DNA of 64,000 bases from Rotaria socialis (GCA_905331295.1 CAJNYD010000449.1:124001-188000), one strand, 5' to 3'. Positions 51,401 through 64,000 are shown, counted from the first letter of the stretch. The notes: a model not told the origin generated them from the letters alone. Made by a program: numbers and translations.

Positions 51401-53520
51401 GACCATGTAAATGCCATAATAATAAAGAAAATGAAATAAACAGAATTGATTATACTTGGATAGACGAATGCAGCACCACCCACAAAAATAAATTGAATAA
51501 ATAGACGTATACGTCGTATTATTGACAGTACGCGTTGCCAAAATTTCCCCTTATTTGCTCTACTGATACTGTTAGTTTTTGATGGTGATATATTTGTTTC
51601 ATTTGATATTGCAGATATTTGTAGTTCGGCAGTTTCGCGTCGTTGTAATTTCACTAGTATACGCCGGATAATAATAAAACAAATTGTCGATACAGCGAAT
51701 ATGATGATATCAGGAAAGACCAATCGTATGATTCGAATAACGTCAGCATTATCCAAACTTTAAATTAAAGTAAACAAAAACAAAAATAATTTACACTATG
51801 ACAATTATCTTTTTGTTCAAACATACCGTTCCAGACCAAAATATCGAAGAATCAGAGTAATCGTCGTACCTAATAATAAAGTTCACAATTAGTTACTGTT
51901 ATTTTTTACTGATTTCAATAATACATACAACTATTGAGCGTATGACCATAAGGCTTTTTGGCAACAAGAATGGATTGAAAGATTATTTGAGCAATAATAG
52001 CGACAAGACTAATTAAAGCAACAATAATGATAAATAAACGATAACGAGCTAAAATATATTTCTCGGGGTTTATAAAAATGAAACATTTATTTATAACTTT
52101 ACTTCGAATATTTCGTCTGTTTATTGAACCTAGCCATGGAATAGCAAGTAGAAGAAAACCATAGATAAACGAAGCAAAACTGTATCGGAAAACAGTTCCT
52201 AAAGATTTTTGAGTTAAATTAATATATTAATAGTAAAAAAACTTTTATTTTTACCGCTGAACAATACAATAGGAAGAAGGATGAATAAAAGGCCAGTTAA
52301 GATTGATCCACTCATGAAAGATAAAGACCTAGAGATAGAATTTTTTTTAAAAATGAGTCTATAAATAATAATTATACAATCAATTTTTCTTTCTATATTC
52401 AAGCGTCATGAATTCTATTTGAATAGAATGTCAAAGGTTCTTATAATTCAAACTTTGATTTAGTATTGCCATGCCGTCGACAACTGCAAATGTTAATGGT
52501 AATATCTAATATCGGCAAGAAATTCAGTCACGTCTGCACTAACTATTTATGTGCAATACTTTAACCTTCATTGTTAGTCTTGAATAGTATTTTTCATTTA
52601 AGGGAGGGGGGGGGCGTGACCCCCCAATTTTTGATTCAATAGGCTCATTTTTTTACGTATATCCAAAAATTTGTCTTCTGGCGTCTATAACTCGGACTAG
52701 GTACACCCAGATAAAAATAAAAATTGGAGGATATACGTAAAAAAATGAGCCTATTGAATCAAAAAAGTGGGGGTCAAGAACCCCCGCCCCCGTTAACAGT
52801 AAAAATACAACAGAAAAAGAGATCATATAGACAAAGGTTTTAACTAATTAATATATTCGAATAATGTCCTCTAAAAAGCCATATCCGTCGTATGATTGCA
52901 ATAGAAGCATTAATCTAGAGACTCCAAGATCATTGTATATTTCGATATCTATTCTATTTTGTTTCTATTCAATCTGAAACACGTCAGTTTTTGTTTCTAT
53001 TCAATCTGAAACACGCCAGTTTTTGTTTCTATTCAATCTGAAGCACGCCAGCTCTTGTTTTTAGAGAAAATTTTTTTTCCTGCTACAGAGATTAAAAAGC
53101 CTCGATAATACTAATAAAGAAAAAATAGTAATTATTGAAGTGGCCCATGTGACTAATGACAATGGATTTCTGTCATTCATAGAAAATATCTTACTTCTCA
53201 TCAACTACCATGGATAATGTAGGAATTAACATAGGATCATGAGAGGATATAATCGATATATTTCTTGGAGCTTCTATTATATTATTTCTTGGTAATAGTT
53301 GATCAGATTTGGATAGATAGATTTCATCTTGTTTTGCTGGTATTGAATTGTCACGAGTATAATATCGATCCTTATTAGGATCGCTGTCATAGTCATTATT
53401 TGTTGTTTGTCTTCGTCTTGGTTGTGGATGTTGAAGTTCAATATCAAATGTATTATTAGATGATAGTCTTCTATTTGTAGAATCAGTTGAGTTTAAATCA
53501 GCTTTATTGGAATACATCAT
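36182..53520 (-). CDS. PIEZO: Piezo mechanosensitive cation channel, many exons, with alternative pore/CTD terminal exons
   Basis: Conserved Piezo blocks: VFRYSFASFIYGFLLLAIPWL, IRSADYYMFD (latch), IIDRALYLRR, PFLLELRTIMDWIFTDTAL..WLQLEDIY (anchor), LLIWFPLLFFS (outer helix), FFNDKISP..FLTRYG|I(I/V)GLY, IMF(D/N)ELP and FLFRSPETLI. The canonical-looking ATG is at 52315; an upstream in-frame exon extends the CDS to 53520. Confidence 0.97.
36594..36852 (-). CDS. PIEZO: Piezo proximal terminal exon (T1): second, divergent inner helix plus CTD
   Basis: Phase-2 acceptor ctgtag|T at 36852; encodes (G)IVGIYISIVSVFASFLRGQLFGTTKTIMFDELPQVDA...IYIYRNPQVLLYWTRETTNTQ*. The ORF is intact. Confidence 0.88.
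43588..43732 (-). CDS. PIEZO: Piezo mutually exclusive exon B (145 nt)
   Basis: ctctag|...|gtaagt, phase 0 to 1; encodes VVVCMLLYPSSTCTMTSRTSSFCIIVDLFVPCLKSYFKPSSDCYVSYK. Confidence 0.8.
43878..43995 (-). CDS. PIEZO: Piezo mutually exclusive exon A (118 nt)
   Basis: tttcag|...|gttttt, phase 0 to 1; encodes VVACIGVLSSQCLIQQVFAIACLQSGIQRFNHPSNTPVT. Confidence 0.8.
52602..52792. mobile_element. MITE (~191 bp) with ~64-bp terminal inverted repeats, flanked by TTAA
   Basis: Left arm ...gacccccca..ttttgattcaataggctcatttttttacgtatatcc is mirrored by ggatatacgtaaaaaaatgagcctattgaatcaaaa...tgggggtc. TTAA at 52598-52601 and 52793-52796. Confidence 0.88.
52957..53052. repeat. 32-bp tandem repeat (3 copies)
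   Basis: gtttctattcaatctgaaRcacgYcag starts at 52961, 52993 and 53025. Confidence 0.92.
53195..53520 (-). CDS. Probable upstream coding exon of Piezo (108 codons of hydrophilic, disordered sequence)
   Basis: The ORF ends in GAG AA|gtaaga, a strong phase-2 donor. It matches the phase-2 acceptor tctctag|G TCT TTA TCT TTC ATG at 52329/52328. Confidence 0.7.
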
Positions 53521-54286
53521 TGCAATGATTATAGATGTACAAAAATAGATGGATCGATTTTATTCACTTTACTGATAGTAGTGCCAAAAAATGTGAGTAA
53601 AAAATAATGAGTAAAAAACAGAACGATAGCTCCAATGTGTCTTTCTCTTTTTATTAGCAATGATGGAATTGATGATGATCATGTACACACACGAATGTGG
53701 GAGTCGAAAAAATTATAGATGAAGAGAAAACTATTTACAAATGACTTATGCTCTTCTTGTCTCCTGTCTACCGATTTCTTTTTCGCACTTAATGAGTGAG
53801 GGCGAATAGTTTATAGACATTTGTACATACTAACTACAACAGTATTCTTTTATGTTCTTTACTTTCTGTTTTTCTTTTATGATCCCATTTAACATCATAA
53901 ATGTATAAAATAACACAGCATTTAATATGGTGAAATGATTCAACACTCATGTCAGCCTACTATTTATCTTACCTATCTATGGTAAGATGATTATTTCTGT
54001 TGGAATGTTATAAGTGTTCGTGAAAGAATCAATTCTCATCATGAAGCTATGTACGATCAAAGAGAAACATGAGCAAAAAAAGCGACTAATCTACTAAGAC
54101 CAGTGAGGCATTGAACTTTTTGTATCATTTTCTCTTTGTTTTTATTTATTTATTTAAAATAACATGATAGATTTTATTCTGTTTTCGGATCTTACAACAA
54201 AAACAATTTAAGAAAGAGAAATGATGTTTTTTTTTTCTTATTTTAATGTATCATGTTGTTTTCCATGATCTCAAAATTTCAATAGT

Positions 54287-54751
54287 TTATTGTTGTTGTT
54301 GTTGTTGTCGAGCAAGTTTTTCTGCAACTTGTTTGGCTATTGTGTCCATATTTCTTCGTCCTATTTGTGAAAGTACACGACCACCTGATGCATGTTTTTC
54401 GACAAATTTGACTTTTTCTAGTGATTGTATACATTTACGTACAACACTGCGTGAACCACGTTGGAAATGAGATGGACGTACACCTTTACGTTTACGACCA
54501 CCATAGATACGAGTAAAAGCGCCAACGCCTGTTCGACGTAAATAAAGAAATCGGGCTATTGATGCACATCGTGTATAATACCAATCAGGATCGACGGGTG
54601 CCATTTCTTTGTGAATACCTAATTTGACAATATCTACCCAATTGCCAGATGGTACTTCAAGTTTGCCGGTTTTTTTGAGAAATTCAGAAAATGCAGCAGT
54701 AAATTGTTGTTGATCAACGTCTTTTACGGAGCCACGATCGATTGAATCCAT
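54287..54751 (-). CDS. RPS19: 40S ribosomal protein S19 (eS19), intronless CDS
   Basis: [10 protein letters not shown]...[50 protein letters not shown] and [17 protein letters not shown]. The likely ATG is at 54751. Confidence 0.96.
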   Translation of the reverse strand: MDSIDRGSVKDVDQQQFTAAFSEFLKKTGKLEVPSGNWVDIVKLGIHKEMAPVDPDWYYTRCASIARFLYLRRTGVGAFTRIYGGRKRKGVRPSHFQRGSRSVVRKCIQSLEKVKFVEKHASGGRVLSQIGRRNMDTIAKQVAEKLARQQQQQQ

Positions 54752-57298
54752 TTTTATGTTAGTAGTTTTTTTTTGGATTCTGTTAGAAAGATAAGAATCT
54801 GAAATTTCCAAGAAGAATTTCACTTATTATTTAATACTTTAAAAGTTTTATATTCAATTCAATAGGATGCTATAAAGACAACGACAACTAAAACAAAAAA
54901 TAAATAAATATGAAACACTTTGATTATGATCCGAATGGTTTGTTCTCCACCTATTCACCATCGATCCTTTCACATACATCAATCCTCTGCAGAAAACTTG
55001 AAATATAGCTAGTAATAGAAAAACTATAATGAAAAACATTTATAATCAATAGAAAACCCATTGGAATTTAAATTTAAACATCAAAAACAAATATCAAGAG
55101 GATTTCATGAACAAATATTATAGATGTCGTAAGGCGATGTAACGTTGCATGTGCCTGTTATTATCAAATTGTAATACTACATGAGAAAAAATATCAGATT
55201 CTTCAAAATTAATATCTTGAATTTCATATAATTTCAGCTGCTTATCACCAAAGTAATGCTAAAAAAATATTATCTACTTGCAATAGTCTAAATAAATCGA
55301 GCTTTCTTTACATAACAGTGTCGTGAGTTCTCATTGACAATCATCTATGAACAATAAAAAACAAGCCACAATTGTACTACTATTAAAATCGCAGCGATTC
55401 AATGAATTATACAATAAAAAAAAATGCATCAAATCTCACATCATACTGTTCAACATCTTGTTTATTATACTAAATTCACGTTGATATATTTTCACTCTGA
55501 AATCGGTATCAATTATTGTTATCGCCATTGAAACTTCATTGTTTGTGATCGTTTCTGTGCAGATGAATCTAGAATTATGAGTATACAATTAATACTAGGC
55601 ATTACTTTAGTTTTACAAAAATCATACTATAGAAAGATTCTTTAGAAATGCCTTATCACCCGAACACTGAAGACAATGAGTAACATTCTAAAAAGTGACT
55701 TAAACCTACTCTAGTATTGATTCGTCATTGAATATTCATTCTGCAGAAAATTCTAACTGGCGTGTGCTGAGATGTTTCGGATGTTTTTTCACTTGCATTT
55801 GTGAAATAGATCATGGTAGCTCTAAAATATTCAGCGAGTGTTTTAGATTTCGTAATCAGAATAATCACAAGCTCATACAGAGGTATTGACTCAACAAGAA
55901 TAGTCCTCACCACTAAAAACTGAGTTAAAAAACATATATACATGTGATACAATACGCTCCTAGTTCAATATCAGTACAGCAAGTAGAAATAATTAGTAAT
56001 TTGATGAATAATATGATTCATAATTTAAAGTACGCAATATAAGGTTATATGATGTTTGTTCTCATCCAAATGGCATTAAAAGACTCGACATCTGCATCAT
56101 GATAAATGCTACGATTGTTGATCATATAAATGAGCTACCACCGACAATTAATTTTAATTGTTAGCTATGTCAATAATACTCAGTTCTAATAGCTATTCAA
56201 GTGTTGAACTTCTAAAGCAACAGCAATTCGTGTGAATATGGACGGTACGATACTATGTAGTTTTAGTATCACCCGTAAATATTCACTTCATTTCCATTGA
56301 TCTGACAAATTCATTTTGTCGTATGAATGTTGTTTATTCTATTGAAGAGTATCTCTCTATGCATTACATTATAGAAAAAAAAACACAATTTGCTTTTTTT
56401 TTTACTATTATTGAAAGATTCAATAAGACAATAAGGAAAAGCTTAGTTCCAGAATTTTCTCACTCAAAAAAGAAAACTAACTAAAAGTTAAACCTTGAAA
56501 AACGCTTTCAAGATCGATTTCATTGCACTACTATTTTTAGTGCCCTTGTTTAAACAATAAAAATTGATTAATGTAAACTTTAAACATTTTTTGTTTGTCA
56601 CCTTATTACGTTTTGTTACTAGTGAAATTTGCTCTCTTCGTTCGTCTTTCACTGTATGTCACTATTTCATATGTGTACACTTGACGAATATAAATAGAAG
56701 TGGCATATGGTAATGCATGTCGATGCATGATTTCAGACATATTGATCTTGAGGGCTTTCATTCTTTTATTTCAAGATTGAGAAAAGTACATAGCATAACA
56801 TCTTTACGTTCGCCGTAGTATTATATTTCATTACTGTTCTCACAGTAATTTTATATTTTTAAAAAGCTTTTCACCTTAAATAAACATTTTGGAGAGTAAA
56901 AAGACTGGATATTTTTTTTATACGACAACATGACCAAATAGAAACCTTCAGTTTAGTAAGGCCCCTATCGTTCTAACATCGTATTGGTTCATCATTGTCA
57001 TAGATTATTGGCCGGTTCTGAACAACTTTTACATTAAATGATTCATTGACCTATAAAACATTAAAAAATGTTTTTTTCTCTTTTTCATAAAAGTACGATT
57101 AACTACAGATGTATCACGACGATAACGTATGCTCTCTATTTTTTCATTGTGTAACAATTGTCTTGTAGACGTTATATATTGACAAATTCTTTAATAATTT
57201 TAACAATAATTATTCCATTTTTACTTTGCTGTTTAATGTGACTTACTTTAAATATATGATTAATAGATAGATTCATGTCATTTATTTTTCAGATAAAA

Positions 57299-58228
57299 AT
57301 GTCGCTCGATACATTAACTCTTGCAATTATTGGTGGCTTTGGAATTATTTGTGTTTCTATTATTTATCTAATCAAAAATAAAAGTTCATCCGGTAATACT
57401 AAACAGAGTAAAAAAAAGAATGTGATAATTTCATTGGCAAATCCTGACACAAAATATAAATTTCCATTAGCGCACAAGGAAAATATTTCCCATGATACAC
57501 GTCTCTTTCGTTTTCAACTTCCATCAACAAAACATGTGCTTGGTTTACCTGTAGGTCAACATATTTATTTAACATCCCATATCAACGGTGAACTTGTTAA
57601 ACGACCATATACACCAACAACATCTGATGATAATCAAGGCTATTTTGAGCTTGTGATAAAAGTTTATCCTAATGGTAAAATGACTCAGTATCTTGATAAA
57701 TTTTCTATTGGCGATGTGATTGATGTTAGTGGCCCATCAGGTAATCTTATTTATACAGATAATGGTTTATTTGATATACGTCCACGCAAACAAGATCCTT
57801 TCGTTACTCGACGTATTCATAAGCTTGGTTTAATAGCGGGTGGCACAGGTATAACACCAATGTATCAAATACTGAATGAAATATTGAAAGAACAAACATC
57901 CAATGTACCTGGTGAGCGTATCGATATAAAAATTTGGCTTCTATTTGCGAATCAAACTGAAAAAGACATTTTATTACGTGATGAATTAGAACATTTGGCT
58001 GCATCGAATTCTGATCGTTTTAAGTTATGGTATACAGTTGACCGTGAAAGCGAAGAATGGAAATATTCAAAAGGTTTTATTAATGAAGATCTATTGCGTG
58101 AGCATATGCCACCTCCAGGTGATGATGTTTTAATATGTATTTGTGGTCCACCACCAATGGTTAAATTTGCATGCATACCTAATTTGGAGAAATTAGGTTA
58201 TGCTGAAAACATACGATTTACATTTTAA
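57299..58228 (+). CDS. CYB5R: NADH-cytochrome b5 reductase with N-terminal membrane anchor, intronless CDS
   Basis: ISHDTRLFRFQLP...LGLPVGQHI, RPYTP (FAD binding), GKMTQYL, IAGGTGITPMYQ, LLFANQTEKDILLRDELE and CGPPPM. ATG at 57299 follows a tttttcag acceptor. Confidence 0.96.
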   Translation: MSLDTLTLAIIGGFGIICVSIIYLIKNKSSSGNTKQSKKKNVIISLANPDTKYKFPLAHKENISHDTRLFRFQLPSTKHVLGLPVGQHIYLTSHINGELVKRPYTPTTSDDNQGYFELVIKVYPNGKMTQYLDKFSIGDVIDVSGPSGNLIYTDNGLFDIRPRKQDPFVTRRIHKLGLIAGGTGITPMYQILNEILKEQTSNVPGERIDIKIWLLFANQTEKDILLRDELEHLAASNSDRFKLWYTVDRESEEWKYSKGFINEDLLREHMPPPGDDVLICICGPPPMVKFACIPNLEKLGYAENIRFTF

Positions 58229-58897
58229 TGCAATATGCTTAAAAGAGACTTCTGTTCTTTTCATGTTAGCATTTACTATCATCATCATCATCATTAGTTT
58301 ATCTTTTTTCTAGATTTTTCTTTTGGTTGACATTAAAAGTGAAACAAGATAAAGAATAAAATAAAACACTTTTTTTAATTATTCATAATTTGAACATTTT
58401 TTTTTCTAGATCAATATCTCTTTTTTCTCACAATATTTACTGGAAAGATTGATATCAATTACATACGTGTGTGCTATTTATTGTTACATCATATTTTATA
58501 GAAAAAAAAATAGTACTAGAATGAAGTGATGACAATTTGCATTGAACATTTATGCATGGATTGTAACATAGTCGACATATAGAGATTTGTTTATGTCCGA
58601 TTAGACAAGCAAAGGTCGTTCATACGACGTGAACAAAGTCATTATTATATGTGAACATCAGATAGGCCACGTTATTCTCCACATAGTTTGTATGTCAAAC
58701 ATAGAAATAAATAGTTGTCTCTAATCGATACTTGAAATAGATTTAATGTGAATGTATGTCTCTGTACATTCTCTTTCATAGATCGATAAGGTAGATGGGA
58801 CTGTTCTCTAAGGACGAAGAAGAAAACAAAAAAAAGAAGTGTTGTCTTAATACAGCTTGCTTTGATCTTGCTTGAGCACAGGCTAGATTGTAAACAA

Positions 58898-58928
<31 letters not shown>

Positions 58929-59642
58929 GAGATAGTGTCTTGTTAGATTGACTTATGGCTACAATCGTTGTCTACAGGTAATCAAAAAAAAATAAATATT
59001 GATGTTGATAAAAGAAACAGAAAAAAAACCATAGACACAATTAGAAGTAACAATAATGAAGATCGAGACGAAGAAGCATTACGCTTGCGTAGCCATATCC
59101 GATTTCAGACAACTTTCTCTTCAACTCGTGTATGTCTGTGTTCTGTGATTAAATAAAAGTTGTAGTGATAGTAGGAGTTGTTTGTTTCTCTTTTTTTTCT
59201 TGTTCTTAAGAGTTTAGCTAGACGAATAGTGGGCGATCGAGTAGGTGGCCGAGGTAGATGTTAACCTTTCTTTTTTTCTTCTCTCTCGTCCTTTCTCGCG
59301 CTCTCCCTCCTTCTTTCTACCTATACCGGCATGAAAAAAGAAAACGAAGAATACGAGAAGAAAAAAGAGAACTGTACATTTAGAATATATGTTCGAAAGG
59401 GTTGCGCTAAAACGAAGGTCAATATTGCCAGCTCAATAGAAGTACTCCCTATATTTGTATACAACCATCAAAGGAGGTCTCAGAATTGAATCGATAAGTA
59501 GTCAAACATTATGAAAAGAAAGCAAGAACAGTACTTTCTTACATGTTTGCATCATTGATTCAGCGCTGTTATTTTGTTGTTGTTTATAGACAGCTGAAGG
59601 GCTCGTTATCGACGTGAACTACGAAGGATGTGAATTACTGTA

Positions 59643-60079
59643 ATGCGTGATCGACAAACATCGTCTCCTTTCGAATTACTCATATCGTCAACTAAAATGG
59701 CCTCTACAACGTGTAATACTGTTATCGGTAAGACAAGAAAAGATTTTATATTGAAGTAGGCAATCAAAAAATCATTTATAATCTTAGAGCTTTTACCCGG
59801 TCTTGAATCTTTTTTACGTTCGATGTTAAACAGCACACATCTGGATCAAGATCACCAACAAATTGCTGCCATGTATGTTAGTAAACTTGATCAACTTGGT
59901 AAACAAAAAACTCCACAGCAAACATCCACCATTGATGATCAATCATTGTAAATAGTAGATATTTGAAAAGGATACAGAAAATATTGTTTCCTCTTTAAGA
60001 ATTCATACAGATATTGTATCTGATGCAGAAAGCGACGATTTTACTGATGAAGAAGAAGAAGAACGAAAAAAAGATCTAG

Positions 60080-60114
<35 letters not shown>

Positions 60115-62815
60115 CTGATAACACCAACTGTTTCAAGGCGTTCATCAGCCAGTGATAATCAATTATATCATGATACGCGACGCAAGTCTAGTAGTGGTAA
60201 TAGTCAATGGTACATAGATATGCCAAAAAATGCTTATTTAGAAGCCTTACCAACACAATCTTCAAGTAGTAATTAATTTTTATTTAATAAAATAATCAAT
60301 AAAACTTGCTTTTATTTTCGTTTTTTTAAACGACAATTTAGAGCATGATGCTAGTTTGTCATCAAAAGTGCCAAGTCGGTTATCAATGTCAACACCATCA
60401 TCCAGTGTCATTGCCGATGGTCTCTTACTTACATATGACGAGAATCATAGTTGGATTTGGCGTTATTATGTTCTTGATGATTTTGATCTTATCTGTTTCC
60501 CAGCTGATAAAAAAACATTACCAACAAATCAATTACAGACAGATAATGATTCTTCACCATTATGGGTATCCGATATGACCAATGCAAAAGTTCATACAAC
60601 AATTATCGATAAAGTGGAATGTTTATGTCTACAAATTGGTCTTGCCGAAGCAATTTATGTACGCCCATCGGACCCAGATCAAATGAATATGTGGCTTAAG
60701 GTACTATTTTTGATCTTATATTGGTTGAAATGTTAATTTCAATATTATTTCTCTGAAGGCATTTCGAGAAGCTGCATCAGCACAAAAATCAAAAGATAAT
60801 TCCAAAAATCGAAGTAATGTGAAAACACTTTCACGTAATGCTCGTCGTATGTTTGCTCAATTTAATCGTAAGAAAGGTCAAATTGTTTCACATTTACTTG
60901 ATCAAATGGCTAATGTGACAGGTGTCGATGAAAAAACACGAAAACATTGCGAATTACGAGGTAAATTAGTTCTTTAACAAAATATAGAATAGATCAATTG
61001 ATTCATTTTATTTTTCTTTCCGTCAATTAGGTTTTCTTGTTGTTTCTCTTGATAATACTACATTTGTTACTAAATATTGTACTATAGTCGATGGAATATT
61101 TCGTATACATAAATCACGTTTGAGTGAACAAACTGAGCATGAATTATGTTTAAATCGTTGTAAATTATCATTTCCTGAAGAACGTACACGTGATATACAA
61201 TTTGCCTTAATCGATGGAGATGTTGAAACAATTTTTATTCGTGGAAATAATATTTATAGTATGGGAAGACTATTAAATACATTAGCTAAATATGTTGAAA
61301 TCATTGGTAGTTCACAATTTGCTTTTACATCAGGTGGAAGTGAACGATCAACGCCATTAATTAAACATCGGCAATCAACAACTAATTTATCTCAACCACA
61401 TATCTATTCTGATGTTGATGCTTCCTCATCGATTATAACTATGTCGCAATCAAATGGTACAATATAGAAAATTTTAAGAATCAGTTTAATAAAAATATAT
61501 GCACTTTTTTGCTTATAGAAATTTATGCTCCATCAAGTGTGAAATCTTTTTCTACTCCACAACATTCAACATCAAATATAAAAGCAACTATCTATCATAA
61601 TGCATCAAAACTGCACGATAACGATACTGATGATCGACCATTTTTTTTACCAGTGCGTCGACCAACACATGATAGACATATAGTATCAAATCAACAGAAT
61701 ATTATAACTATAAATGAAACCTATGATCGACCAAAACCATTTGATAACGTTGCATTAATGTCAACATCAATCGATCGAAATAACAATCAAGTCTTTGAAG
61801 CCCCACAACGAAATGATAAAACTAAAACTGAAGATAAAAATGTGTAAGATTTATTTTATTTTAAGTCGAAATAAAATTTATATTCGTAATCACTTGTAAT
61901 TTAGTTATTCTAAATCTCGTTCATCGACGAAAAGTTTGTCACATTCTCATCGTGCAAAATCAAAATCATCTCCTTCAACTGATTCTTCATCGCCCTCTGA
62001 AAAAACTGCTTTTTGTTTACGTTCATCGAATTCTTCATCGTCGAATCATCGTAATTCTCGACGTCGTCCAAATCCATTGCCACGTCGTTCATCAACACAA
62101 ACAACACCAACTGATTATGTTAATAAACTTGCTAATTTATTTACGAAAAATTTTTCTACACCATTAACATCAACATCAATATCCAATGAAAATCACATAA
62201 GCACGCAAACATATGAAACAATTTCAGCTACATCATCGCCTCGTTTTACTACTGATCATATGACTACTGATAATATTCGTCCTACATTCAAAGGATATGT
62301 ACGATAATTTTGTGAAAATTAAATTAAATTTGAAAAATTAATTTTTTGTCTTATAGCCAATGCCAAAACGTGTTTATGATATTCCAATAACAATTGAACG
62401 TCCGACAAAACGTCTTATCACACCATTCGAACAATATCAACAACCAGGAATACGAAATTCTCGTTCCGTTGAACCAATATCAGTTGTTCAATCAAATAAA
62501 AAAAATGATGACGACGACGAAGATGAAGAAGAAGAAGAAACACCTTATGCTCACGGCTATGATAATTTAGCAAAAAATGATGGTATTGGAAAATTCCGTT
62601 TTGTCATTCCATTTAATCATAGTCCAACATCGGCTTTTACAACATCAAAATCAACTATGAAACCAATAAATTCTCCAGTAAGTTCAACATCATCAACAAT
62701 CAGTTCATATTCAACTGTTCGTCAAGCATCATCATCGTCAAATAATAATTCAAATTTGAACAACAACAACAACAGCAATGATAATATTCGATCAACGTTG
62801 ATGACAGCCGTCTAG
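59643..62815 (+). CDS. Multi-exon adaptor protein with two PH-like domains and a Tyr-motif-rich disordered tail (AFAP/SKAP-like architecture)
   Basis: PH1: IADGLLLTYDENHSWIWRYYVLDDFDL...DQMNMWLKAFREA. PH2: ELRGFLVVSLD...TKYCTIVDGIFRIHK. N-terminal helix ELLPGLESFLRSMLNSTHLD. In-frame GT-AG introns. Start codon uncertain (59643 or the in-frame ATG at 59697). Confidence 0.7.
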
Positions 62816-64000
62816 AATCATATTTTTTGCTCATTTATCTTTCAAGTATCGAACTTATTTTAACTTTGTAACAGTATCATCATTCACCTATGTTCTTTTC
62901 AGTGCTTTTCGTTTTTTATGCAAATCGTTTGTTTTTCTTCTCTCGCTTCATATTTAGTGATAGAGCTTGTGTTTGCACTAGTTCGTTTTCGTGTTTTATG
63001 TCTAGCATCAACATTCTGTTATATGTTGATGTAATGTATATTTTGGGAAAGAAAAGAAACTCAGAATGATACATCAGGAAAAAAAGCAACAAATGCAATC
63101 TCAGAGATTTTTTTTGTTGTCAGATAGATGAATTAAGTTTGTGAAAAAGATGAAACAATAATTGGAACAGTTGAGACAAAGCTGAATGTCCGGTTATTGT
63201 TTGTTTTTTCGCTTTTTTTCCCTTTGATTTCAGGAAAAAATTACAACTTTTTATGTTTTTACTGGAATAGAAATCAAAGTAAACTTTAAAAACATTTATA
63301 GATGTTTTTATGTTTGTTTTAGATTAGTCGTTATTTTGATCGTTGGTGGCAATTGAAATGGTAGGTTTTTAGATTTCATAGTTTTTGTTCTATAAAAATA
63401 AAATACTATTGAAATAAATCATACAACTGATATACTGTACGCGTACGATTAAAGGTAGCCGATTTGTATCTAATCAGAATTAATCTACATTACATAGATA
63501 CACTCACAGTCATAGTGCAGTATTTAAAAAACTGTCTCTCTTATACAATAAAAAAATTTACTCTTTAGTTTCTTTTATTAAGACCAACAAAGAAAAATAT
63601 GAAATCATATCACACTCTACCAATCAACAAGTGATGTACGATTTACTCAGTACCGTTCTACTTGAAAAATTTGATCCAGTTCGCTAATCATATTCTCAAT
63701 CGATTTTCTTCATAAAATAATACTGATTTCTAATTCTTAAACATATTTTCAAACACAATTTACTGCTTGATCATATTTGAACTGTTTGTTGTTTTCATCC
63801 GTATGCTTTTCTAAGAATTTCTAGTTTACAGAACGATAAGTAATTTTGATTGTCGAGATTTCGTTTATTAATTTATCCGATTCAGGTATAAGATCATACA
63901 GGAAAAGTTAAATTGATCTATTCGTAGGACATTAGTTACAAAACTATTGTAAACGAACCAGAAAATCAATAGCTATTATCTCTTTCGAAATGATTTTAAT

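Noticed and set aside
52957..53052. 32-bp repeats of CRISPR-like length
   Set aside because: The units are head-to-tail with no spacers, in a eukaryotic intron with no cas genes; this is a minisatellite.

Overview
AT-rich, gene-dense eukaryotic (metazoan) DNA with many short (~50-65 nt) GT-AG introns. The intron size, composition and splice acceptors next to start codons suggest a bdelloid rotifer-like genome, which is an inference only. I can support 11 protein-coding genes: a low-complexity Q/S/N-rich gene (+); eight consecutive minus-strand genes (L-fucose kinase, a stand-alone Capicua N-terminal-module protein, a GXYLT with a second degenerate GT8 repeat, TBC1D24-like, ELP2, PSMG2, Piezo, RPS19); then NADH-cytochrome b5 reductase (+) and a tandem-PH adaptor (+). 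There are two non-autonomous transposons (a DINE-1/HINE-like Helentron element and a TTAA-flanked MITE) and short tandem repeats. The standout is the Piezo gene. It has two duplicated alternative terminal exons, each encoding a different complete pore-lining inner helix plus C-terminal domain. It also has a mutually exclusive exon pair for a Cys-rich extracellular loop, candidate microexons, and an in-frame upstream exon adding about 113 aa. All exon boundaries were derived by hand from splice signals and reading frame, without transcript data.
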